64,000 bases of DNA from Lingula anatina (lineage: Eukaryota > Animalia > Brachiopoda), in the NCBI GenBank assembly GCA_051362555.1, contig CM120642.1:1798001-1862000 (forward strand), in the 5' to 3' direction. Numbering within the stretch: position 1 is the stretch's first letter; each line of letters begins with the position of its first letter. Below the pieces are notes generated by a model. It was not told the origin of the DNA. It searched no databases and worked only from the letters and a program-made list of their open reading frames with translations. Shown in pieces: positions 12,511 through 25,598 of this stretch. The position numbers and the translations under genes were made by a program.

Positions 12511-13653
12511 ATGGCCACAGAATTGTCACGCCAAACCGAGGAGATCTACAAGAAAGTATTAAACGCTAACGTCTCATTTCAGGAGGCTTTGGAAATATAC
12601 AAGGACTGGGCCCCAATATACGACGACGTAGGTATATTTATTGACAAAGAACTTGATATCAACTTGTAGTAAAAAATATATACATAACAATAAAGTGTAG
12701 CTACTATAGGCCTACTAGTACGCAGGAAACGTACCACGGTACCACTTTATTAGTCCTCTCTCCATCCCGCACAAGTCGGATTATTTTTAAATATCTGCTT
12801 TCTGCCTTACATACTACGCATACACGGTTCTTTATATAGGCCATATACTGAAACGTCATACGGTGACCAGTCCAGCCATTCCATTATCTGGTTGAAATGT
12901 CACACGGTGAGACCACAACGCCCTTTGTCATTGACTTTAACCACTTTTAAGTGGATCTTAAAAGATCCAGAATGTGGTTTTTATTTACGATGTGTCTGTA
13001 CGTATTTTGTCATTTTTCTACTGTGAAATAAAACGTTTATATAAACCTTATTAGTGCATCTCAGTTTTCTGTGCTTATCATGTCTTCACCAGTCTGCAAA
13101 GATTCTGAATCACGAAGGTCCCTCAATATTGGCCAAAGAAGTGGAGAAACTCTTTGACGAAAAGAAACACGCCCTCATTTTGGACGCCGCGGCTGGAACT
13201 GGGCTGCTGGGTTTAGAGGTGAAGCTAAAATGTCGATTAAATTTTTTTTTTAATCTGTAACTTCCCGGCAGTAGATGAACTCTTCATTAACTTTACAGCT
13301 ACCTTGTATTAAATGAAACAAACACGAAGCATTTGAATATTCAATTAGTATAAACTTGTCATAAATTTTTGTTGATTTTACACAATTTAGTAATTTTTTT
13401 GTTGCTTTAAGTTTATTAATTTTGCTGTTTATTCGTTAACGATAATTTAACTGCACTGGTATATTTTTTCTTTTCTTTTTCAAACACTTGGAAGTTGAAG
13501 AATAGCGGTTTTCACAACCTCGATGCCTTAGACGCTAGCAAAGAAATGTTGGAAAAAGCAAAGGAAAAGAATCTGTACAGAAACGTCGTCTGCGACATTT
13601 TAGGCCCAAACCGCCTTGACATACCAGACGGTAGTTGCAGAATGCTATCATAA

Positions 13654-13696
<43 letters not shown>

Positions 13697-14281
13697 GAGA
13701 ACCAATATCTAATATCCAACACAAGTGTAGGCTTACCTTTTATGAAACGTGAAATATATACTTTGACTTTTCAACATTTTAGATACCTATGACGCCGTCG
13801 TTTCTGTGGGAAGTTTCGGTCCAGGTCACGTGGACGGAAGTTGTTTGGCTGAACTGATACGTATCGTTAAGCCGGGTAATATTAATTTAAAAATTCATAC
13901 TCTCTAAGTACTCGTCATTTAATTAACTTTCTTTGTCAGATATCTGTACTATAAGGTAAATTTCAATAGCAACTTAAGAATTCAAACAAGCGAAAAATAA
14001 AGATAGCTGTGGAATTTGTTTAGGTTTTTAAAATGTCCCTCTAAAACATATTCTCATCAATTTGCCTGTTTACCAGCAATGTTTCTGCTTGTATCCCCAT
14101 AGATGGCTACATCGTGATCGTCATGAGCAAGGAATTGTTGGACGAGGAATATGGACGAGATCTTCTGGAAATTATGGATGACCACGTCAGTGCAGGACGC
14201 TGGACAGTGGTCTCCAGGCGTCCGGTTCTCCGTTACACTGGGGTAATGGACGGAATGGTGCTTGTACATCGCATCAAATGA
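12511..14281 (+). CDS. METTL27/WBSCR27-like methyltransferase, copy 2 (5 exons, ~216 aa)
   Basis: Exons 12511-12627, 13093-13218, 13495-13630, 13783-13875, 14103-14281; exon sizes identical to copy 1 (117/126/136/93/179); LILDAAAGTGLLG motif. Confidence 0.92.
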
Positions 14282-14292
14282 ACATCAATGTA

Positions 14293-14801
14293 AGGGACTA
14301 TTTATAATGAATTTTGTCAACCTAGTTAATGTGGGGCCAACTCCCCACCCCATAAAAACTATTTTGTTGCGGAAACCACGTCAACGATGTCAAATCCGTG
14401 ATATGAATTGGCTCGACCGCGTCTTAAGGATGAAATGGGGAAGAATCGATCTGATGTACCCCTGTTGGGAGGCGTAAGCCCGGGGGACCTTAGAAAAGAA
14501 CAATCCAGAGTAAGTTACACGTGATGGGTTTAACCTGGAGCGAGACGTGTAAAGTAGAGAAAGACCGCGCGGAAAGGCGTCCCCGTGCCGCGGCCGTATT
14601 TTCCAGCGGCGAAGATGGGGATAAGTGATAGGTGAACTAAAACGCCTCCTCTTTTTTCCCGGTGTACTCATATAATCACCAGCCTTCCTGTTTTCTACTC
14701 AAGGCCAAGAAGAGGCTTGTTAATCTGATTGCATTCACCAAGAGTCCTGTGCAGTTGGGGTGCATTAGCTAGGTCGACAAAATTCATTGTGAACGGCCCC
14801 T
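14293..14801. mobile_element. PIF/Harbinger-like MITE just after the stop codon of methyltransferase copy 2
   Basis: ~50-bp imperfect TIRs (AGGGACTATTTATAATGAATTTTGTCAACCTAG / CTAGGTCGACAAAATTCATTGTGAACGGCCCCT); absent from the copy 1 3' region. Confidence 0.65.
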
Positions 14802-17006
14802 TAGACAGCAACGTGTCAGCGTGGTAGATGCGTGATGTATGTTTGTTCACAAATGTGACGTAAATTGAATGAGATTTTGTAATTGGCTGCTGATTGCGGC
14901 ATGCTACGAGTAAATGAAATTTACTGAGTTTAATCAAAAACAATGATTTCATGCTCCCAATCAGTGTACGTTTGTTTGGAAGTTGTGTTAATAACGTGTT
15001 TAAATAATTCCTGAGAAATCTGTTATTAGGTTTTGAAATGGTAAATATTAACCAATAGAAATCGAATTATGGAAAAAAATCTTTAATAGATGTTTGAATT
15101 ATTCCAAGTTAGTTTCTTTACAAAAGACAAAAGTTGTGTTTTGTTTTTAAAAGTCTGGGCCGTCTTCACTACATGTACGTGTGAAGTAGACCGTTTCAAT
15201 TCACTATTGTGTATAAAAAGACTTACGGTTTTATAATTGTTAAATGTGGGACGTATTCTATCAACTATGCCTAGTTTGTCTAAGTTTCAGACCTGAAAGG
15301 ACCATATGGTTTATTTTTTAAAAAGAAACATTATAGTCGAGTAGCCAAAAATTGCGATCCAAGCGAGACGAGAAGACAATATTCATATTCGTTCAAGGGA
15401 GTTCGTTCGCGAAAGAGCGTCAGTGGGAGATCGTTATCGATTATTTTAACCCTCCCCCTTGAAATGTATCGTTTTTACTTATTTATTTATTTCGTTTTTT
15501 TTTTACCCCGCTCTCGCACTTGGAAAAGTTGGACGCCGTGAAATTTAGAGGAAATTACAGGTGGCAATATTGGACGGCCTGTACCCCAATCCTGTGAAAA
15601 GCCTTGTATGGAAATGAAGTCAGCATTTTAAACATTCACTTTTATTGGCCATATCACAAAAATATTGCATATAAAATGGCTGAGCCATTAACTCAATTCA
15701 ATTTATTTCTGTACCGGTACATATGTACAAAGATTAACGTTACCTTGTGCAATATAGGATAATAATTATATAGTATGTGAATTATAAAATATATCTTTAT
15801 AAAATGGACAGATGAACTTCTTGGATTACAAATAAAATATGCTCTCTTAAAGGCGAAATGAAACTGCTTTGTGTGTTTACTGCAGATTTATCAAAAATAC
15901 AATTCATTCATATGTAACATAATATAGACCGATTAAAATAAACAAGAAATATGCTAAGAGTTACGAAGTAGAACAGATACTTCACTTCTTTTCTTATATG
16001 AATTAATTATGAAATTGTAGGGGTAGACTTTAATATCTTTTACATATACTTTTGCTTTTATCTTATCACTGTTAAACACATTGTATGATTTACTTTCTGA
16101 TAATACAGCCTTGTATCAGCTTATAGGGACACTTGAGTAAAGATTGTCTCTTGGTAAGTTTTATACATAGGGCACATATTGAAGTATGAAAAGGCATCAG
16201 TCTCCAATTGCCCCTTGGGGACACAGGCGACATATTCTGTCACACCTTTCAGTTTTCGGCATGGTGTGCCGCCCAGCTTCTATTTGAAGATTATGATCAC
16301 TAAGACGTAGTTTAACAAGGGTTAATGGTGACGGAATTGCATTTCACATGGACGTTTGTTGTACCGCGTGAAGTACAACTAAAGAACAAGATATAACTAC
16401 TCTAAAATATTTCAATGCAGTTTTATATAATAAATCCACATTTCCGAATAAGTTGAAAGTTACTGGTATTATTTCACACAAGACTATTAATGGTTAATGA
16501 TGGCGGAATTCACGTGTTGTACGGTTACTTCTATGGTACAAGTTTACTACAAGAAATTATTATTTTAATTTTTTAAAATTCTTAATGTATAAGATAAAAG
16601 CTACTGGTATAATTTCAGACAAGACTATGAACAAGAAAGACATTTTTATGTATAATGTGGATTATACAAATACTGCAGAAGGTGATCAGAGATAGCCTTA
16701 CGATTCAAGGTATAGAGAAACTGCTTAATTCACCCACACACATATAATGAGAAATTCCTGTAAAGGCTAAATATGTGCCGACTTTATTATATTCATCTGA
16801 CAAGTCCTTTGCCATTTGTTAGCCTTGTTTGCAAACACAAAGCTGGTTCTAGATTTTTCTAGCTTAATTCTTCAGCTTTATCAACCCTCTCAAGGTCACT
16901 GGTGGGCAGGTATGTTTTATTAATTTCGCCACAACATCCACCTGTATGACTTTAAACTCACCTGCTCTCTACACACGGTCAAATCAAAGTAATTGTGTAG
17001 CAGGCC

Positions 17007-20000
17007 CTAATTATTTTGTGTTTCCCTCCAATTATTCTCACTGGACAGATGCACGCTATACCAAGACCTCATGCTTTCATTTAAGGTAGAAACCAAAATT
17101 TTTCCATCAGATGAAGTAAACATGGAAAGATCACCTAGTGCTACTGCGACATTTTTTTCCTTCTGATTGCCTGCACCTTCAATTTCTGGGTCAGACAAGC
17201 CATGCAGAGAAGAAACAGAGGAAACAGTGGCTGTGGATTCCTTGGAGGTGGATTTCTTGGAGGAAGCCTGCGACTCCTCTGTGACGTTATCGTCTGACGT
17301 CACGTTGTCGTCACCACGCATGCTCCCCGTGAGCACTGAGGCTAAAGTGATTCTGCGATGTTCTCGGCTGCTCTCGGTCAGGTATGGAATAGACATACCT
17401 CCTTCCTCGCGGAAACCGAAACTTGCATGACGACCGCCTTCTGAAAAAGTGAATGTTTAAGTTTCAATCTATATCGTAAGTCTAGTCCTTAATACGTCTT
17501 AATACCAGGATTGTCTTATTTGTTGGATCATACATGTACCAATAAATAAATAAATAAATAATATTAAAAAAATAATAATACACCCAATAATTTTGCTTGG
17601 ACGACCGGCTTCTGTAAAACTGAATGTTGTTTTAATGTATATCGTAAGTTCTTAATACCAGCATTGCCTCACCTGTTAGATCCTTCCTGCCCATATGAAA
17701 TGCATCCAATAATTTTGCAAATTTGAATCATTTATTGCACTTTGTGTATGTTTTCATTTGTTGCTTAGCTCGCAAATTTTATTTAATACATAAAACTGTA
17801 ATTCCATTCCGTTTTATTTAACTTACATAACTGAACAGATTAATTAAAAAATAAATTTTAATACATCCCCCGGGGATTAATACTATTGCCTCTGACCTGG
17901 GCGTCTCAAGCGTGGTCTAGGCTGATTGAAGGCCGTCACGTATGGCTCTGGCGCAAGTTCCACATCTCTTGGCACTGGAAATGTTTGTAAGGGAATAGGT
18001 TGAGGCAGCCGTTCGATCTGAAAACGAGATGTACGTGGCTTCATTTTATGAGCGTTTACAATGTACACACACTGGACAAAAGAAGTGTCACCCCTACTGA
18101 GCCAATACTATGGGGGAGATAAATGACTGTGGAATGATATGCTCCTGGTATCATTTTATTAACATCAAATTTCACAAAAAAATCACAAAATAAGAACAAA
18201 ATACACATTCTACCAAAATATGCAGTTTCAAGTCCAAAATTAGTACTTAGTGGCATAGCCACGTGACCTAATAATAGGTGCCAGTCTACGAAGCAAGGGT
18301 TCATATAATTGTCTGATGCGTTCAGGGCTTATGCTGGCCCAAGCATGAAACACTGAATATAACAGAGTTTCTCTGCTGGTTAGACGGACATTTGTCAAAA
18401 GTTTTGACATATCATTCCACACATTTTCTATTATGTTTGCATCCAGACTCTGGGCAGGCCACATCACCCTGCGAATGTCCTGTTGGTTAAACCAATCATC
18501 AACTGCTCTGGGCCTGTGACAAGGAGCATTGTCATCCTGGTGAACAAATGGATAATTCCTGTCACCAAACATGTCAGTAATAGATGGTAGCAAGCCTGAC
18601 TCCAAAACATCGATATGTTTCTAGTGATTCATGTTTCCATTAACCACTATCAATTCGCCCAAGCCATGGATGCTGATGCAGCCCCACACCATGATGAATA
18701 TGCTGCTCCGGGTTCGAAAATTCAGTGCATGTGGTTCAAATGCTTAACCAGCAGTTTGCCAGCATAGTACCCGTCTGTCATCAGAGGTCAGACCAAAGCG
18801 ACACTCATCAGAAAAAATATATAGGACCAATTGTCATGAACTGTCCAGTTCCAGATCCTGTTGACCCTAGTTTACTCTACGTTGCCTGTTTTGTAACGAT
18901 ATAAGAGGTTTCAGTCTTGCTACCCTGCTGTACACTCTCTGAGCATGTAACCAACGCCTAGCAATTTTCACAGACACATTCTTATGTGTGAAATTGTTCC
19001 ACTGTGTTGTCAACTGACAAGCAGTGTCGAACTTTGACAACCTGGACATCAAAATCAGTCGTCGGTCTTCACGGCCAGTATTTTTTCTTGGACGTCCCAT
19101 CAGAGGCAATTTGTCTCTTGAACCAGTGTTTCTATACCGATACCAGACCCTCTGCACGGTTCTGACTGAACAGTTCAATTGTATCGATATTCTGACATTG
19201 CTTATATTCAGCCTCTTCAGGTTAATAACTTGCACCTATAACTGTTAGATAATTGCCTGTATCTTGCCATATTGGAGGAAGACAGGAAAAAAAATTGCTG
19301 TACATGTACAAGACCAACAATACAGTTCCATGGTATAGCGGTTTTATACACATTATAAGTAGACCAGGCATTATAAGTACCCAAGATCTGCCTACTTTTA
19401 TTACTCTGAGTTAGGGGGTGACACTTCTTTTGTCCAGTGCGTGTACATGCAGGAGGAGGCTTACTTTCTGAGGCAGAACGTCTGCTATGGCTCCATTCCT
19501 TAACAAAATTAGAAAAATATTGATCTAGGGCCGTCGAAGCCACTGCAAAGTGCCCCTCAAATTAAAACCTTGTATACCGCTTTTTTTATATCACAGATTT
19601 GTAATTTTTAACACACACATTCCGACATGTCTCATGCGTTATTTTATAAAATTGATTTATCTTAAAAATTTGGTACAGTTACACCCCATTTCCATAGATT
19701 AGATCGACCTACTTTAGATCGACCTATCTCCCTGGGGGTTCACGCTAAATAGCTATCAGCCGGGCGGACACGAAAGTTAATTACCCCCTTTACAGCTTGT
19801 AGTAGGCGGGACCGACATTTAAGTCGGATTATCTGAAAGTTATCTAGTGAGACTCCCCGCGGGGATAGATCGATCTAAAATCTATGGGAATAGAGCCTTA
19901 GTGTTTAGTAGCTTTTACAAGCACCCGTCTTTTGTTTACATGAAATGCTCTTTATAGTAATTTATTTCGAATCTGCATATTTCGCGGGAGAATCTATATG

Positions 20001-23000
20001 AAATAACAGTTCTGACTCTCTTACTCTTTCAATTTGCCTTCCTCGGAACTCTCGGCTCTGGGAAATTGATATATACTCTGGGTCCTGAGGCTGGAGAAGG
20101 ACACATTCCGCTGTAAAGATACATACATACATGTAGTCTAAGAAATCAGGGTTTATATTAGTCAGAGCATATTACAGGAGCGGATTCAGATATATTTTTT
20201 GACAGTCTTCCAAATTATCTTTGTTGATCCGTTCTTCATTTTTGACCGTCTTCTGACAGAAAAAAATAGATACCCGTCAATGTAAACTTGAAAATCTGAC
20301 CGTCTTCCGGTAGACCCTACATCCGCCCCTGTATTATATAGAAATGCATGTATACCAGTGGCAAATCTAGAGGTGGATTAGGGGGTCCTGACCCCACTTC
20401 GACTTCTGATAAAAAACGCACCAAAAAAAAATCTAGCTGAGTATTGTTCTAAACCGTACGAAATGGCACTATTTTCCCTCCAAAACACCACTGTTTTTCA
20501 AGGGCCCTCGAGCGTGCCCCAAACCTGACGACAAGGAGGTGAGGTTCGGCCTCGCAATCCGAGGCCTGTCATTCCCTAAAAATCCGCCCCCCCCTTCAAA
20601 AATTCTGAATCTGCCCCTGTATACCATGCTATAGAGGCCCTTCTCACGCGCTGTGGTAAATTTTAACTGGACCAGTCCTCTTTGAGAGTTCTAGGAATTT
20701 GTTTAAAGTGTTTAGTGAATAACTGTCAAGATTAAAAGAAGCTCATTTTAAAATTCCCAACAAACCAAGCCAACAAAACCAAAATCACAAGCACCCCCCC
20801 CCCCCCCCCCCACCCGGAGATGGTAATAATGAGGTAAGCGCAATGAGCTGTTACCAGTTGTTCCTGTGGGAAATTCAACAGGACTGGTCTTTTCTGAGGG
20901 TTCTAAAAAGTCGCTGAACCTTCGAAATTGAAATGAAAGTCTTATCACAATTTTTCAATGATTTTTACGCCAGGTTGTTACATGTAACTAAATCAACAAC
21001 AGTGCAACAAACGCAAAACCATAACCTCCCTGGCGATGGCATTTTAATCATTAAAATGATTCAAGTTAAATGCAATACGTCTAAGGAAGTTGTTGTAACT
21101 CACCCATGTTGAAGCTGTCCAGGAGCCTCTCTTGAACCAGCACTATAGTAATCCGATGAAGAGTTGTACACCCGCCCTGTAAGACGAACTCTGCTATTGC
21201 CTCCAACATCCCCTTGCCTACCTCCTGGGGGTCCTTCTTGGCCGCTCCTGTACAAAGGCAAACGGAGATTTCAGAAAATACAATTTTGTGTTAACAATAA
21301 TCTAAGAACCTACACTGTACTACAGTAATTGAAAATATTATGTTGGTTACTTCATTCTACATCTTTATTTCACGAATTAGACTGAGTGCATTTTATAGTT
21401 TACATTCTAAGATGACATTCAAACTCGCTAGAACTATGACTTAGTTGGTATATATGTAATTCATCAGAAATGTGAAAAAACATATAAATATAATTATTAA
21501 AATGTGAATGCTGAAAAAGAGCATTTACACTGCCTGTTCAATCTGCCCAACCCAGTGCTTTTTACCTGTGCCAAATGCGGGCATTGCAATAGATTGGGCT
21601 TCAAGGCGATTCGCTTCTTGCAACACTCTTTTCGTTTTCTCCTTCCACGTGCCATTTGAATGAATATCCAGGTGGATCACGTGTTTACAGTTCAGGTCAC
21701 CGGGGTCACTGACCGCCAGGCCGTTGCTCCCTGTCCGTCCTGTCGTGAATGCACATAAAATGGGCACAATTGAAATGGCAATTCAACTATTTCATGCGTG
21801 TATTAGAAATGTATTAACAAACTGAACATTACCTAACAAAACCGAAAAAATAGGATGAAATATCAAAAGCCGATTTGTTTTGCCAGGGTACTATTGATTA
21901 AGAGCGCGGCGAGGGACCGCAGTGTTAAAGAGCGTATTCTAAGCACGTGATAAACTAAAATAAACAATGTGAGAATGTGTATTACATATTATGAGAAATT
22001 AATTAAGATAGTTTCTCTGTCAAAGTTGGCTTTAAAAATAGAGAGTGGTAAAATTCAAGGGAGCGCGTGCTCTATAAATGTAATAAATAATACACCAATA
22101 ACCGCCGTGCAGAAGTGTACAAGCACATTTAGAACAGCGGAATAACAGAACTAAAAAGCTTGCCGCTTAATTCCCGATTAGACACTGAATAAATTCTCCG
22201 CGAGGATTACGCAACAAGCATTCAAGAACAGACATTAGCCAAGGTTTCAAAAAAAAATAAAAAATAAAAATATAAATAAATAAAAATAAAATAATAAATC
22301 TGAACATTTATCTCCTCCAGATTTTATTGCAGATCTTGACGAACCTCAGAAATCATCAGAATTGAACTGAAAATACGAGGAATTCCGAGTTTCCGCGGAA
22401 AAAGCTCATCTCTGCAAATGGGTCGGCCATATTTGAACAGCGGGTCTGTTAGTCCGCTGTTCTGAATGCGCTCGAATATGAAAAAAAAAAATTAGTCACA
22501 ATGTATGCATATTATGAGAAATGATTAATAAAGATACCTTCTCTGTAAAAGTTGGCCTTAAAACACATTTTAAAATGCGAGTGTTAAAACCTACCAACGC
22601 GTTTTCTAGATTCTTCATAGCCCCTTCCCCCGACTCTAGCAAGGTCATTGGCTAGCTTTGCTGAAAACAAACAAATGGCATACGTTTTGAATTATGTAAC
22701 ATACGTGATAATTTTTACTTATTGCGGGGCACTCTTTAGCAATACAGACGGTGTCCATGGGCACTTTGACAGATAGACACCCCTACACTTGGCGCAGCCA
22801 ATTTATTAACCTCTCTCTCTCTCTCTTGCTCGCTCGCTCGCTCTTATCCCCTAGAGTAGGGGTCAACTTGTAAAGGCGAGTACCCCCTCCCAGGGTCGGA
22901 TCCAGGATTATTTGACGGGGGGTCCGGAACGTGTTTTGGAGAGCAAACCGAGCCCTTTCCTTTTGTACGATTTAGAACTAATTTAGTTAGTCAAAATTTT

Positions 23001-23376
23001 CAAGAGGGGAATATCGGTGCGATATATTTTTCAGAAACCGAAGGACGGCCCTGACCCCCCCCCCCCCCCCCTCAAAATCCGCCACTGCCCTCCCCTGCCG
23101 TTACTTACATGACAGGATCCTACAAATGTATCGGTACTAACTACACCTGATGTACCTCGATGGGGTCGCTAGTAGTCTCTTACTAAATTCTTTAATCAAT
23201 TTTGTAGGCTATATTCCCTACAAGAGGCCCCCAAGATATCAGATGGCACATTTGATCAAGAATAGAACGAACAACGTCCTTTGCGACCTTTAATATTATA
23301 TGATATGGACCGTCTTCTGTTATCTACATTTTGACAGTGATATAGTGCTGGATATCACCCATAGCTGGCCATAGTT

Positions 23377-23436
<60 letters not shown>

Positions 23437-23815
23437 AAGCGGGTACGAGTTTTTGGTTTTATTAACAACATATCGGGGGGGGGGGGTTACTTTTTGATAT
23501 ATGGGTCAACATGGGTTAAAATACATGCATTTGTGCAAAAATATCTGTGAATATCTAGTGAAAAAATTCTCTCCGCGGCCGCGGAAGAGGGTGTACTTCT
23601 ACACTTATTTCTAAGAATATCTAGATAAAATCGCTCTGGCTCTGATAAAAGGTCAATCTAGCTCTGCTCTGTATACCTCCCGTTAGGTCGGACTTGCAGC
23701 TATTGCAGTAAACATCGGCGTTCACTTCTGTCATGCTCTTCAGCACCACTTCGATGTCTGTAGTATTCAGTATTTGCTGCTGGTGGGCCGGAACGCTGGA
23801 GACCGCTCCCCCCAT
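17007..23815 (-). CDS. Gene A: macrodomain + degenerate PARP catalytic domain (PARP9/14/15-related), 7 coding exons, ~387 aa
   Basis: Exons 23815-23677, 22660-22595, 21739-21566, 21247-21104, 20110-20025, 18017-17897, 17440-17007 join in frame (1164 nt). Macro motifs ADVYCNS, GDLNCKHVIH, SIAMPAFGTG; PARP relics LQPQDPEY, IER, LASVLTG; no HGT motif. Confidence 0.85.
18066..19443 (-). mobile_element. Full-length Tc1/mariner transposon with decayed transposase, in an intron of gene A
   Basis: ~29-bp TIRs CACACACTGGACAAAAGAAGTGTCACCCC, TA duplication at 18064-65 and 19444-45; HTH region, QDDNAPCH and WPAQSLDANIIENVW motifs broken by stops and frameshifts; empty site in gene B near 29167. Confidence 0.95.
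19682..19897. mobile_element. PIF/Harbinger-type MITE (TTA TSD); second copy 25951-26164 (TAA TSD)
   Basis: Two ~215-bp homologous copies with imperfect TIRs and 3-bp TWA flanks. Confidence 0.8.
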
Positions 23816-25534
23816 CTGAAATAATTAATACAGCAATTTCAAAACAAGGTTTTGGCCTGAAAATGTGGAGCTTTTCGACTTCTAAGTTAACCCAATTTTG
23901 AACTGTTATAGAAGCTATATCAAAGATTGTCTCTTCAAGCCAAAAAGTAGGTTTTTTAGTACATCCCGAACTATTTTTCTCTCTACCTCTCTAGTGGTCG
24001 GAGAGAGAGAGAGAGAGCACGCTCAATGCATACCCTGCCCAGTGTTTTCGGAGGAGATCTCCTTAACACGATACAGCAGCTCGGATTGAACGGTGATTCT
24101 GGATACCCATCCTACTTGACACAAGCGAGACACTTGTGATCAAGCATGATACAAATAAGCCGAGATGGCTTGTAAATATTCACAATGGGGAGATGCCATT
24201 GATGAAAAGTCAACGAAGAAGGCGGGACACGTTTGTGGACTGCCCCCCTTTTCTCCTCTTTTTTCTTTTCTTTTCCTTTGGACTTACAGCTGATGGAGGT
24301 CACTTGTTCACCGAAAAAGGCTTACTGCAACCAGTGCACCCTCCCTTTTCCCCGGACACGTCTTTAATTATATAAAGGCCTAGTTCTGAATTGTGTTACT
24401 TTGATAAAGAGGATTTTATAAAGGGCATGAACCGACCACACCCTACACGACTTTCAAAGAGTGACCCCACCCTCCCCACCTCAAACTGCTATTTGAAAGT
24501 CAAGGTATGAAAATTTAAAATAATTAATGGAAAAGAAAAATAAAGCCGGCGACTCCCTCTACCAAGGTGGCAGATAATATGGGGAAAAATGAAAAAAAAA
24601 AAAAAAAAAAAAAAAAAAACAACAGTAAAATGACCGTTTATTTATCTAAAGACATATCTGTGAATATCCTGTGAAAAGTCAATCTGTGGCCCTGGTAGAG
24701 GGTAGCGACTACATAGGATGTGACAACTGCATATGAGTTGTCTTTTTTCCCGTACAAATGTTGAAAGTACAAAGTGCAGCCCGTGGTACGGTAAACAATA
24801 TTCAACTTTGCATAGCGCTAGCCTGTCAGCATTATTGAATTAAATATCTGAGACTTAGACAGCAATTACAGAAATTACAACACACAAATTAATGTAAGGG
24901 AAAAAAAACAAATGAAAATTATAAACTAGGTCCGTTTGTACCATGTGCTTTACTATCGGACAAAGTCTGCAGCGAAATCTGTGGCGTTAACACTGGCTCT
25001 GCGCCAAACACCCGGTTTGACAGGGATGGAAGTCCACTAAGATCCGTAGTCCGTTTCCAATTACTTTGTACGGGTGACATTCGTCTCATATACCAGCCCC
25101 AATACCCGACTAAGACTAACTCGTACTAATCATATGTGACCCCGGACTTCCATTCCTAGGACTACCATTGTCTTCACACCGTACCAGTAGGCCTACATGT
25201 AGAATTTCAGTAAAACTTTGTTCGGTTACTAGTCACTGCTCTGGTTCGGTTGATGCTCTGACTGTCCCGAAGAGTCTGACGAGCCAGTAGAGTTGAAATA
25301 ATTTGGTACAGGCTGATATTATTCTATCGATAACGCATATTTTCAAGTCACACATTGGACCTTTGATAAAGCCCCAAAGACCTGGCACATGGTCAACAAA
25401 TGTCAATTAACGTAACTTATAATATCATCGCCTACATGGCTTTTGTATGATTTTCAAGAATATCGTCGACCTTAATTATAAATTACTTACTGTTGTTTTT
25501 TCCCTCCCTCGATCTTTACCACCTGTGTTGTTTT

Positions 25535-25598
25535 GGTTTCTGTTTCACGTCCCTACCTGGGACTTTCCAGTCATATGATCACTATGTGACGTCACGTG
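25535..25598 (-). promoter_or_regulatory. Putative gene A promoter: ISRE, NF-kB and CRE/E-box motifs
   Basis: GAAACAGAAACC (minus strand, 25535-25546), GGGACTTTCC (25559-25568), TGACGTCA (25587-25594), just upstream of a minus-strand donor ACA|GTAAGT at 25491/25490. Confidence 0.6.

Noticed and set aside
17883-17896. Stop or alternative donor ending gene A after ...PGQRQ
   Set aside because: The CAG|GTCAGA donor is conserved in A and B and gives the phase-1 junction that matches the last exon and gene C.
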